This document shows, piece after piece, positions 47,222-58,689 of a stretch of DNA of 64,000 nt. How positions within the stretch are numbered: the stretch's first letter is position 1; every line of letters starts with the position of its first letter. The notes beneath the pieces were generated by a model. It saw nothing but the letters and a program-made list of their open reading frames with translations, was not told the origin of the DNA and did no database searches. Source of the stretch: Squalus acanthias (taxonomy: Eukaryota); NCBI GenBank assembly GCA_030390025.1, contig CM059432.1:49788001-49852000 (forward strand). The letters are read 5' to 3'. The position numbers and the translations under genes are program-made.

Positions 47222-50099
47222 TGTCTTCATTTTACTGCCACTGCAGCTCGTACATTCAAAGTTCTTTTAAAATTTCCTTTATATTTGTCTGACCACATCC
47301 CCAGTGTCTGATAAACTCTGTACAGGCAAGTAATGCGGAAATCATTTCACTCATTGTACAGAAAGGACTGGGGAGCAGAAACCCTTCGTATGCTGAGCCT
47401 TGCCATGGCCATGCTTTTTGACACTTCTTTTACCCTTGCATTAAAGCCACCTTGTAACGTGGAAGGGCAGTTTTAACAGAAGCAGGGCTGGCAATTGGAT
47501 CAACAGTTCCATACTTGTGGGGGAAGGATATTGAGATAAAGCAAACAAAAAATAACACAAGCAGTAAAAAGAAAAGCCTAAACAGCAAAGAACATCAAGA
47601 ATAGAGAAAATAATGGAAAAAAAAGCACAAGAAGAAGTCATAGGGACTGAGTAGAGAAGAAAAGTAAGCAGAAACAAATATATTTATTTAAAGTGAAATT
47701 TTAGAGGCAGGAACTTACTATGTGATTGACAGCACTTCATCCAGGACTAGAGTCCCTCTCCTGGACACATGTATTATTATATAATATCGACACTGAATTT
47801 CCTTGCAGTTTCCAGTGTTTGAGTGGTGCTGGAACAGCGTTGGAAGTTTTTCCAGTGAGGAAGCTCGTGGGGAAGCTCCTTCTGATACTTATGCTCCTTT
47901 AAGAAGCTCCCTGGAGTTTCCTCGCAATGTTGGAGCTGTTTAGTCATTCTCCTAGTCCGCAACACTGCTCGTTTACATGAGGCCACCTGTAGCGCTGTGC
48001 ACAGGTGTATCTTGAGCTTATCCTGTCAGTGCACGCTGAGTACATCCCCAGCATCACCCTAAAACAGGTGTTAGGCCCCTTGAACCTGCTAATAAGGGGG
48101 CTCACTACTGTTTTAGGAACCTTTTCCGAAATTGGCCATAGACTAGGTGGAGCTTGCATCATATAAGCTCCAGTTAGTTTTTCCAGTTCTACAGCGGCCT
48201 AAACAAGGACCACTTTAAGCTGCTGAAGACCAGGTAAGTTTCTGGTTTTCAACTTTTTAAAACTTACCTTAATGTGGAACCAGGAGGAGCAGGAATGTTC
48301 CTCCTGCCTCCACAGCAAGGCAGACCGAGCTAGACTTTTGAACTTGCTATGTAGGGGAATTGTAATTGTAACCCTTGGCACAACATTTTATACACCAATT
48401 CACCTTGCCAATTGGTGAAGCTGTTCCTCCAGACTAGGCTTTGAAAAGATTTGCCCAAATTTTAGATTTCTTGTGCAAAAAATAAATAATTTGTCTCATA
48501 GATATTGCCATTTCAATTTGATACTTCAATTTTCCATAAAGAACAATCTTTCAAAGGGTATCTGTTGTATAATAGCTGATATGAATTCATTTCATGATAT
48601 GAAATTCAAAGCATATTATTAAAATAATTTCCTATCCCTCCTTTTTCAAGTAAAAAAGAAAATGAATTATGTATTTTTCATCAGTATGAAAGTTTGAATA
48701 ATGAGCAGCCTCTTGTCTGAAAGTATATGGCTGTGTAAAGCCAATGTTTTAATCATCTGTGGTTGCTATTTTTATAAAACATTAATGTTTGTGAATGCTC
48801 TTATTAATCTAAAATAACATTGACGTCCAAAGGGCAGATGGGGAAGACTTCCTCTGTGCTATCTGTGTAGTGTAATCATAGAAATGTATATATACCAAAC
48901 ACTTTTACAATTTAGTTACAAATCTTCCCTCTCAGAGAATCTAAGGGGATAAGATGGCTTGGATCCTTGATTATTTTACTAGCAACAGAAGCTCTCTCTC
49001 TTATGTTCAGAAGCAATTGCTATGCCTGTCAGATTGTGATATCTTCACAGTTTATTCAACATTGACAGTAACACAACTAATAAACATATCTCAATTTCCT
49101 TCTATTAGATATTAATCTATGGTAATTATGATTTACAGGCAGGTCTTTCCTTCCTTTGCAGCATTTTAAATCGATTGAAAGACAATTTTATTACAGATTA
49201 TGTGGCGTTTTATCTGAAAATACTGCTACATTGACGTGTAATAGTACCAACAATTACATTTAACTTGGAACGTTCATTTTATTAAAAAGATAAAGTTTCA
49301 GTTGCGTGTGTCTCATTTTTTGTCTTTGACTCTGTAGGTCATTTTGAACATAAACATCTCCATTTACTTGAAGAGAACATCTTCCTGAGTTTCCTTAATG
49401 TTTTTCATCTTTCTTCTTTCCTATACAGCATTTAATTTAATTTGTTTGTTTTAGGATACATTGTTCCACTTTTGAACCAGGCTTCAGTGAATTGACAGTC
49501 TTCATTAGGCCCTTTACTTTGTTCTGTACTTTGGCCTCTAATAGACCTGGTTTTAAAACAAACCTCATACTTGCCTGCTTTTTATATATAACATTTTATA
49601 TATATCACAAGAACTCATAATGCTATTCACGAGTGCATGAAATAAAGCAAAGACAATGCTGTATTTTCTCTCTTGCCTTGTCCATTTTTTGGGGCATTTC
49701 TGGTTTTGTAATTACCCCATCCCTAAATTAATGCAGTAATTTAATTCTGCCCACATATGTGCATCAGTCATTTCAAGTCGCAGTTAATGAGATAAATTTG
49801 TAACTGAGAATAACACACTAAGATGTCTGCTATATCTATTCAGCTTTCCGAAACAAAAGGCAAGAATCTAAGACACAGAACTCCCTCCGTAGATTCACAG
49901 CAGGTAATCTTTACTTGTAATCAAGAAGCAAAGGTTTGGATTGTTTCATTTCCCTATCTTAATTTGTGACTTAGTAATAACCAAACTGTGCATCATTCTC
50001 CTCAAATAATTTAATCCCATCTTTTGGGGGAAAAATGATGTTAACTTTTGAAAAATGCACAACATCCACAAGGTCAATGCTTTACACTGTTACTTTACA

Positions 50100-50365
50100 A
50101 AATAAAATACTGGATAACAACAATTTGCAATTGTATCGTGCCTAAGGCAAGCCTTATGAGAGGGCTGGGAGAGGTGAACAAAAGTCTGGTCATAGAGATG
50201 AATTTTAATAAGGCTTTTAAAGGCAGACAGTGATTTGGAGAGGCAAAGTGGTTTAGGACAGGAATTCCAGAAAGTAGGGCAGAAACAACTGAAGACTCTG
50301 CAACTAATGGTAGTACAGAGGGAAAGGGCATGAAAAGAAAACCAGAGTCAGACAATCTGAGGGCA
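50100..50365 (-). mobile_element. Old L2 3' fragment
   Basis: GAGATGAATTTTAATAAGGCTTTTAAAGG..GGTTTAGGACAGGAATTCCAGA resembles the reverse complement of 44240-44330. Confidence 0.5.
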
Positions 50366-50830
50366 CATAATAAATCATGGATAGTAATGTTTATTTATTT
50401 AAAAATCTGCTGGAATGCATCGAATTAATAGTTCTAAGACTTTAGGTGATACATATTAAGGAAATTATTTTCTGTTGTAAAAAAATTCTTAACGTTTCCG
50501 TGAACAATAGTTTGTATTATGGATATTTGTTTGGCGGTGTTAAATATCATTTTAAATAAAATGTTCACCTCTTAAGTTTCATTTTAATTTTTCTCTACAG
50601 GCCATGTTTTTATATTGCATATTTTATTAAGATTCATTGAATTTGTAACTTTGCAGTTTAAGAAGCAGATTGATCATGGTATTTGATTTTGGTAACAGCA
50701 AGAGTCTAACGCACTGAAATTAACCAACCCAGTTAGAAGCTTTCTAAAGAAACCTTCCAGTTTGTAGTCATACATCCTGATCTGTGATTAGTTGCCTTTG
50801 TAATGTAATACTCATTACTTTGTAATGATT

Positions 50831-51863
50831 CCACTGGCTGGAGTCATACCCAGCACAAACGAAGATGGTTGTGGTGGTTGGAGGCCCATTATCTCAGCCC
50901 TGTGACATCGCTGCAGGAGTTCCTCAGGGCAGTGTCCTAGGCCCAACCATCTTCAGCTGCTTCATCAATGACCTTCCCTCCAACATAAGGTCAGAAGTGG
51001 GGATGTTCGCTGATGGTTGCACAGTGTTCAGTTCCATTCACAATTCCTCAGATAATGAAGCAGTCTGTGCCCGCATGTAGCAAGAACACAACAACATTCA
51101 GGTTTGGGCTGATAAGTGGCTGGTAACATTCGCGCCACACAAGTGCCAGGCAATGACTATCTCCAACAAGAGAGAGTCTAACCACCGCCCCTTGACATTC
51201 AACGGGATTACCATTGCCGAAACCCCCACCATCAACATCCCAGGGGTTGCCATTGACCAGAAACTTAACTGGACCAGCCACATAAATATTATGGCTACAA
51301 GAGCAGGTCAGAGGCTGGGTATTCTGCAACGAGTGTCTCAGCTCCTGACTCCCCAAAGCCTATCTACAAGGCACAAGTCAGGAGTGTGATGGAATACTCT
51401 CGACTTGCCTGGATGATTGCAGCTCCATCAACACTCAAGAAGCTCGACACCATCCAGGACAAAGCAGCCCGCTTGATTGCCATCCTTTCCACCACCTTAA
51501 ACATTCACTCACTCCACCACCAGTGCACCATGGCTGCAGTGTGTACCATCTACAAGATGCACTGTAGCAACTCGCCAAGGCTTCTTTAACAGCAGATACC
51601 AAACCCGCAAGCTCTACCACCTAGAAGGACAAGGGCAGCATGGGAACACCATCACTTCCAAGTTCCCCTCCAAGTCACACACCATCGTTGCTGGGTCAAA
51701 ATCCTGGAACTCCCTCCCTAACAGCACTGTCGGAGTACCTTTACCACACGGACTGCAGCGGTTCAAGAAAGCGGCTCACCACCACCTTCTCAAGGGCAAT
51801 TAGGGATGGGCAATAAATGTTGGCCTTGCCAGCGACGACCATGCCCCATGAACAAATAAAAAA
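50831..51863 (+). mobile_element. Zenon-like LINE 3' part
   Basis: [43 protein letters not shown]-rich tail. Confidence 0.9.
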
Positions 51864-51869
51864 ATTGCA

Positions 51870-53560
51870 ATTAATAATTTATTAATGATATTTGGAATGT
51901 TTGTTTTGTGGTGGCTTTTATTTCAGCATTGTGCCCAAGAGGACGCTGTGATGTTCCATGACAGAGGGATGGTAAGGCGGGGAAGTGTTGCACAACGGGG
52001 ATCTGGGGTTTCCATCAGGGGAGCAGGAGTCTGATGAAGTGTTCACGGACAGCCCGTCCGGAATGGGGATTTGCAAGCTGCCTCCTCCCTTCCTCCTCCT
52101 CCTCCTCCACCTGAGGTGGTCGTGGAACCCGTGATGGCTGCACCCTCATGATAGCCAAGTTGTGGAGCATGCAGCAGACCACCACGAATTGGGACACCCA
52201 CTCTGCCGAGTACTGGAGGGCTCCTCCCGAGTGGTCAAGGCTGGTCTGCTCGATGATGTTCCTCATGGCAGTATGGCTCTCATTATATGAGTGCTGGCCA
52301 CGAGTGGTGGAGTTGTGGAGGGGAGTTCTCAGACAGGTGTAGAGCAGATAGCCCTTGTCTCCGAGCAGCCACCCTTGGGTTTGACGTGGTGGCTGGAAGA
52401 TTGCTGGCACAGCTGACTGGCGCAGGACGAAGGCATCATGACTGCTGCCAGGATATTGGGCATTCACCATCATGATGTGCTGGGCGTGGTCACACATCGA
52501 GTGCACATTAAGAGAGTGGTAACCATTGCGGTTACGGTACATCTCAGGATTGATATGCGGTGGCCACAAATCCACAAGTGTGCAGTTGATGGCGTCCTGC
52601 ACCATCGGGATGCCCAATATCCTGGCAAAGCCACTTGCGCAGTCCTCCTGCTCCTCTCTGTTCAGAAAGAAAACAATGAATTCCCCTCTCCTGGAGTACA
52701 GAGCCTATGTGACCTCCCGGATGCAGTGATGGATGGTGAACTGGGAGATGTTAGCTATGTCGCCTGCTCCAGCCTTCAAGGCCACGGTCACTTTGAAGGC
52801 GACTAGCAGCGCCGTCGTCGCCCTGCTCTGAGGCTGCAGGTCTGGTTCCAAGAGCTGGCAGAGTTCTGTGACCACGTCCTTGTGAAGCAGAGCCTACGAA
52901 TACACTGCTCCTGGCTTAAGTGCAGGTAGGAGAAGTGCTCCCTGAATGCACAAGGTAGGTAAGGCCTCCTGCTGAGAGCCTTCCTTCCCCTCCTCCTCCT
53001 CCCTCTGTGAGCAGCTTGCTTTGCTGTCTCTGCTCCATCTCCCTATCATGCTGCAGTGTGAAGGGGACTGCAATTTAGAGCCACCATGCCTTGAAGCAAG
53101 TGGTGTAGTCAGAGGCCTTCCTTTAAGAGACAATGCCTTCCCAACGTCCAGCAGCACTTCCTGCACACTTTCCCAACTTTTTAAATGTCTTACACCAAGG
53201 CACTACTCAAATAAACTGGACAGGCGCCAGTACAAAAACAAAAAGCAACTTACCTCAAAGTTGCACTGTGTCCCTTTAAGTAGTGCTGGTGGGGTCCCTC
53301 GTGCAGCTGAATGCACGTTCAGTGGAGCGGCGATGTCCAAAATGGCAGGTCATGCTTCAAATCAGCGTTACATGCTGATTGATGTCACAATCTGCCTCAT
53401 TTGAATTCTTCCGCCGCACGCAGGCAACAGCCACGCTATCGCCCTTTCCAAGATGGCAACCAGCACAGCCCACGCCATAAGTCGGCGGAAGCGAGGTGGC
53501 CACCATTTTTTTCCGGTAGCTGGCCTTAACTGTCAGCACTAAGCATGGGAATTTTACGGC
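51870..53560 (-). mobile_element. Harbinger fragment with disrupted transposase and one TIR
   Basis: VQDAINCT..YRNRNGYHSLNV..YPGSSHDAFVL..WLLGDKGY..CCMLHNLA; end GAATTTTACGGCC. Confidence 0.88.
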
Positions 53561-53775
53561 CATGGTGTTAGAAAACAGTAGATTAGCTTGTATTCACTTG
53601 GTACTTTGTTGTGATGAAATAGAATGTGCACTTGCATTGTGCTTTATTATTCATGGAATTAGAGTTATACAGGAAATGGTGCTGATTTATTCAATCAGGT
53701 GATGATTATTGACACAGACGTGTAGAGGCAAAGAGGGCTGCTGCATTGTCATGATCTAGGGTGTACTTATTAAGG

Positions 53776-53895
53776 GAATGTTCCTTACATTACAACAGTG
53801 ACTATACTTCAAAAGTACTTCATTGGCAGTAAAGCACTTTGGGATGTCTTGAGGTTGTGAAAGGCACTATATAAATGCAAGTCTTTCTTTCTTTC
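53776..53895 (+). mobile_element. Deu-SINE 3' tail
   Basis: Matches 16790-16900. Confidence 0.75.
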
Positions 53896-54455
53896 TGTCT
53901 TGCAGAATGCCAAAAAAATGAACTGCAAAATCTTTTTCAGCTGCAGAAATTGCTACTGAAACTCGCTACACTCTGCAGGTTCACAAGCTCCTCACTTCCA
54001 CCTGTTGCTGCTGATCCTGGCAATCGTAGCATCTTATAATTCTCAGTCTAACTTACCACAAGTGCTTTGTGAACATAAAATCAGGAAACTCAGAGTTGTA
54101 GTGCCCAAGGCCCTCATAATCATTTATTTGAAAGAGACCACTCAGGACTTAGCACGCGGATCACAGGACGGGCCAAAGACCGAGAGATAATTTGGGATGG
54201 GCTAATCTTGGGGTGGAAAACTGGTGTCAACAACTTCTGTCCCATTTTGCTTCCAAAAAAAGTTACCTGCTCTTATTATATATGAACTTATGCCAAGAAT
54301 GGTATGCAAATTCGAGACCCTAATACTAATTACTTACATAGAATTTAAGGCACAGACATTAACCATTTGGCTCAACTGGTCTATGCTGGTATTTATGCCC
54401 ACACAAGCTTCCTCCCACCCTACTTCATCTAACTCTATCAGCATATCAAAATGAA

Positions 54456-54527
54456 TTCCCTGACCAGGAATCAAACCAAGGATGTGATGGTGAGCGTGTG
54501 GAATCCTAACCACTAGACCACCAGGGA
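54456..54527 (-). pseudogene. tRNA-Glu(CTC)-derived pseudogene or SINE head
   Basis: 72 nt TCCCTGGTGGTCTAGTGGTTAGGATTC..CTCAC..GGTTTGATTCCTGGTCAGGGAA, colinear with vertebrate tRNA-Glu-CTC, with CpG-type decay. Confidence 0.88.
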
Positions 54528-54647
54528 GCTACCGAATAAACAAAAGCATTTGAGCACCCAATAGAGCTAACAGCAGTTTGCTTGTAGGTGTCAAGAATGG
54601 GAAATTATTTAACAGAAAAACATGTTTAAAAGTTTATTTGTTCTTAG

Positions 54648-54820
54648 AAGAAAGAATTTGCACTTATATAGCACCTTTCATGACCTCGGGATGTCTTAAA
54701 GCGCTTTAGAACTAATGAAGTACTTTTGAAGTGCAGTAACTGTTGTAATGTAGGAAACGCGGCAGTCAATTTGCGCACAGCAAGGTCCCACAAACAACAA
54801 TGTGATAATGACCAGATCAT
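54648..54820 (-). mobile_element. Deu-SINE 3' part
   Basis: Reverse complement of 16725-16900. Confidence 0.75.
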
Positions 54821-55374
54821 GGTCTAGAAATTCGTGGCCGCCACAAAAGCTGCCGGTGCATCCGTGGCCGGGGATTAACGGCCGCTGAAAATAGTGGCGC
54901 TAGTAGGACCAAAAAATTGACGCCGGGACTAATTATCATCAGCCCAACGCTAAACTCACAGTGTAACACCGTCCTGGTGGCGTTGGTCCTGGCAGCAGGC
55001 CTCAAGGTGCCGTGCCCAAGTGGTGCTGCTGCTTCAACAGCCTCTGAAAGTGAGGCTGTGATTTCACAAAGCATTGTGGGATTCTTAAAAGGACAATGCA
55101 CTGTGGTTTCTTAAAAGGGCCTAGTGTAGGCTATCAGAGGCCCTCAAGAGTGCGCAATGGCCCTTCCCTTTAACTGAAGGGGCGGTGAGTTGTCGATCGC
55201 ACCCCGACATCGTCTTGGTTACCGCCCCACCAGGAAGTGGAGATGGTGCTCCACTTCCTGTGCGGGATGGTAAGCTGAATTTAGTAGTTGGGGCGGTACT
55301 TCCGTGCCGGGCGCTAAATGTCCGGCCTTAATCAGTTACCGCCCTCAAACGGGGCATACCCGAATTTTGCACCC
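54821..55374. mobile_element. Harbinger-type MITE or composite
   Basis: Left end GGTCTAGAAATTCGTGGCCGC resembles 7898-8130; right end CCGAATTTTGCACCC. Confidence 0.6.
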
Positions 55375-55800
55375 TTGAACTCGGTTTCTCTCTCCATGGA
55401 TGTTGCCTGACCTGCTGAGTATTTGCAGCATTTTCTGTCTTCTCAGAGGCCTTCCTTTACCATTCGAGGCCTTGCAAGCATCCAGCAGCACTCCCTGCAC
55501 ACTTAAAAATTTTTTAACATGTATTGCACCAAGCCACTACTTCAATAAAATAAAAAGCAATCCAGTCCAAAAGATTAAATGCAAACTTACCTGAAAGATA
55601 TGTGTGTCCCTTTAAAAGGTGCTGACAGCATCTCTGTCAGTCTGCTAAATGTTGGGTTTTCATGATGAGCTTAGGACCCAGCGCTGAACGCAGCGCTAAG
55701 GTCCAAGTTCGCTGAGGTGACATTAAGTCAGTGTTGCATGCCGAATAACGTCACCCTCTCTTAATTTACATTTCCAGCGCCTTAGCACTGTTATCAGCAA
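55375..55800. mobile_element. Fragment of the hairpin-bearing Harbinger derivative
   Basis: Colinear with 9552-9880, including the same hairpin-arm/Harbinger junction. Confidence 0.8.
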
Positions 55801-56389
55801 CGCTAAGGCCCTTGCCAAATTGCGGCTGGTGAGTCCCGTGCCAGAGAAGGGCCCATCTGTTGTAATAATGTTGGTTGAGGGATAAATATTTGCCAGGACA
55901 CCGAGGAAAAAGCCCCTGCTTCTTTCTTTATTTCTATTTCTTCTTGGAATATGGGCCGCCCATCTCTAGTTGACATGAGGGCATTAAGCATCAACCACAT
56001 ATTGTTGGAACTGGAGTCACATTTAGGCTGGACTAGGCAGGAGTGCAACTTCTTTTTCCATCAGGATATTAATGAACCAGTTCTGCTATTACAATAATCT
56101 AGATGCTTGAACTCTGTTTCTCTCTCCACGCATGTTGCCTGATCTGCTGAGTATTTGCAACATTTTCTGTCTTCTCAGAGACCTTCCTTTACCATCCAAG
56201 GCTTTGCAAGCATCCAACAGCATTCCCTGCACACTTAAAAAACGTTTAACATGTATTTAGGCTGGACTAGGTAGCAGTGCAACTTCTTTTTCCATCAGGA
56301 TATTAATGAACCAGTTATGTTATTACAATAATCTAAAAGCTTTCATGGTCATTTTGTCTAGAGCCAGCCCCCAAATTGCCAGATTTAAT

Positions 56390-57134
56390 GGGCCAAAAGT
56401 TGATGCCGCTACGCGAGAGTACGCACTGTGTACTCTCGCGTATTCTCTCTCCAATTGCGGTTTTCTGCATGCACTGCGCATGCGCTGAAAACCGGCACTT
56501 GGTGAATGGAAAAGGGGGCAGTTCCTCGGTGCACCGCGTGCGCGCTACAGGCTGCGCGCACGCTGTGCACTTAGTGCTTTGGACGCGCAGGTAAGGACGG
56601 AAGATTTTAGAAATGAAAAAAGGAGGAGTAAGACCCACTTTTAACAAGGTAAGTAGTGAATTAAGTATTATTTTGAATTTTTTTTAACAGGTATATCTTT
56701 TTTAGAGACTTTAAAGACAGGTAAGTTTATTTTTATAACTTTTTAAAAGATTTTAAAGTTTTTCAAAAATTTAATTTTTTATTTAAAATGGTTAATTTAT
56801 TTAACTATACTTATTTTATTAATGTGATGGTTTTTAAAAAAAATTTAATTGAGGTTTAGCTGTTATTTTGGGGGGGGGTGTAAGATTCATAGCTTTCACA
56901 GCACGTATGTGAAACTTATGAATGGAAGATGGTGTGCTGCCATTGGCTCTAACTGAGTCACGTGATCCCACAGCTCGCACGAATTCACTACGCCGGTGGG
57001 ATACGCAAGCACTGCCCAGCTGATGTCTAGAACATCAAGTTCGTGCGAGCTGGATCTGAAAAAGCCAACGCGGAGTGAGAGATCGCGCCTGCTCCTTACC
57101 CCCGCGGGAACAGAGCGAGATCAATTTCTGGGCC
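56390..57134 (+). mobile_element. Harbinger-type MITE related to 35561-36282
   Basis: TIRs GGGCCAAAAGTTGAT / ATCAATTTCTGGGCC; shared CTTTTAACAAGGTAAGT.GTGAATTAAGTA. Confidence 0.8.
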
Positions 57135-57180
57135 ATTAAATTTTATTTCACAACTTGTCATAGTGGGATTTAAACTCGTA

Positions 57181-57300
57181 GGGGTAGATTTATGTCTTCA
57201 GTCGGTGATCTGACGGAATGAATTGTCGATTCCTTATAGAACTGCACGATTTTCATTCAGTTGATTTTAATGCCAGGCGGTGAAGATGAAAATCTACCCC
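57181..57300. mobile_element. 120-bp mini-MITE
   Basis: GGGGTAGATTTATGTCTTCA / TGAAGATGAAAATCTACCCC; flanks GTA/ATA. Confidence 0.65.
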
Positions 57301-58173
57301 ATAACCTCTGGGCTGTTTGCCCAGTACCCTCACCACTAAGTTACCGCACTCTTTTTGCGATCACCTAAATTCTGCTCGGCAGGCTCTGACCTTAACATTC
57401 CAAATTGGGAAAATAGATGCTGGGATCCATGCTGGCAGGGCTCTGCAATGCAGGTTGGTCTAGCCAATGCCAAAAGATTCAGTCAGATTAGTGTTGTGGC
57501 CAGCAAGATTGAATATCCTGATTCAGGAGCCTCTCTGTCACCAGCAGTTAACCAAAGCACTGACTGCACGTAGAAGGTTTAAATGACGTGCCCCTGCACC
57601 TCCATGTCTCAGAACAAACTTTCAGTCCAGCTTATTGAGTCACTTGTGTACAGAGGCATCATGACAGGCATTTAAGTATACAACACTAACATAAGGCTGC
57701 CCACTTGGCTTGAGTTGTATGGCCAATTGTAATTTCTAGCTGTAAACCTAAATTGAAATCAAATTGAACACCTAATTTTTATTTAAAGTAACATGTTAAC
57801 CCCCTACAGACTCAACTAAAAATAAATGGCAAAATGCTTATATTCATTAAAGGATAGATTTAAAGGCTAGAGACTGTACTCCAAATCAATAATTATATTT
57901 CTATTTAATATATACTGTGAATTTTAATGCATTGAAGTAAAACAGTTATTCTTTCCTCCTCATTATTGACTTTGAATTTTAATGGTGATATCTGTACATT
58001 GAGGTTTAATTGTATTATTTTTGTGCATTAAATTGTAGCACAGCTGCTCTCCCTTTGTTTCTTGTTTAAAATGATGTTCCCTATTGTGCTTCAAAGTAAC
58101 AGTGCCTGTTAACTTGCAAATTTCACCATATGTACGTTACAGTTAACATTTTGGATGCTAATGGGCTTTATAA

Positions 58174-58688
58174 AAACATAAGAACATAAGAAACAGGAGC
58201 AGCAATAGGCCATTCAGCCCCTCGAGCCTGCTCCGCCATTCAATAAGATCATGACTGATCTTCGACCTCAACTCCACTTTCCTGCACTATCCCCATATCC
58301 CTTGATACGCTTAATATCCAAAAATCTATCAATCTCTGTCTTGAATATATTCAACGACTGAGCCTCCACAGCCATCTGGGGTAGAGAATTCCAAAGATTC
58401 ACCACCCTCTGAGTGAAGAAATTTCTCCTCATCTCAGTCCTAAATGGCCGACCCCTTATTCTGAGACTGTGACCCTGGTTCTAGACTCCCCAGCCAGGGG
58501 AAACATCCTCCCTGCATCTACCCTGTCAAGCCCTGTAAAAATGTTGTATGTTTCAATGAGATCAACTCTCATTTTTCTAAACTCTAGAGAATATAGGCCT
58601 AGTCTACTCAATCGCTCCTCATAGGACAATCCCCCCAACTCAGGAATCAGTCTGGTGAACCTTCGTTGCACTCCCTCTATGGCAAGTA
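58174..58688 (-). mobile_element. CR1 3' end
   Basis: QRRFTRLIPELGGLSYEERLSRLGLYSLEFR; tail (TTCTTATG)n. Confidence 0.92.
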
Positions 58689-58689
58689 G

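Noticed and set aside
47790..48350. Possible further DNA-transposon fragment
   Set aside because: GC-richer and MITE-like, but no paired TIRs or TSD could be identified
54456..54527. Functional tRNA-Glu gene
   Set aside because: Anticodon stem, variable region and T-arm are disrupted by substitutions (GGTTTGA instead of GGTTCGA)
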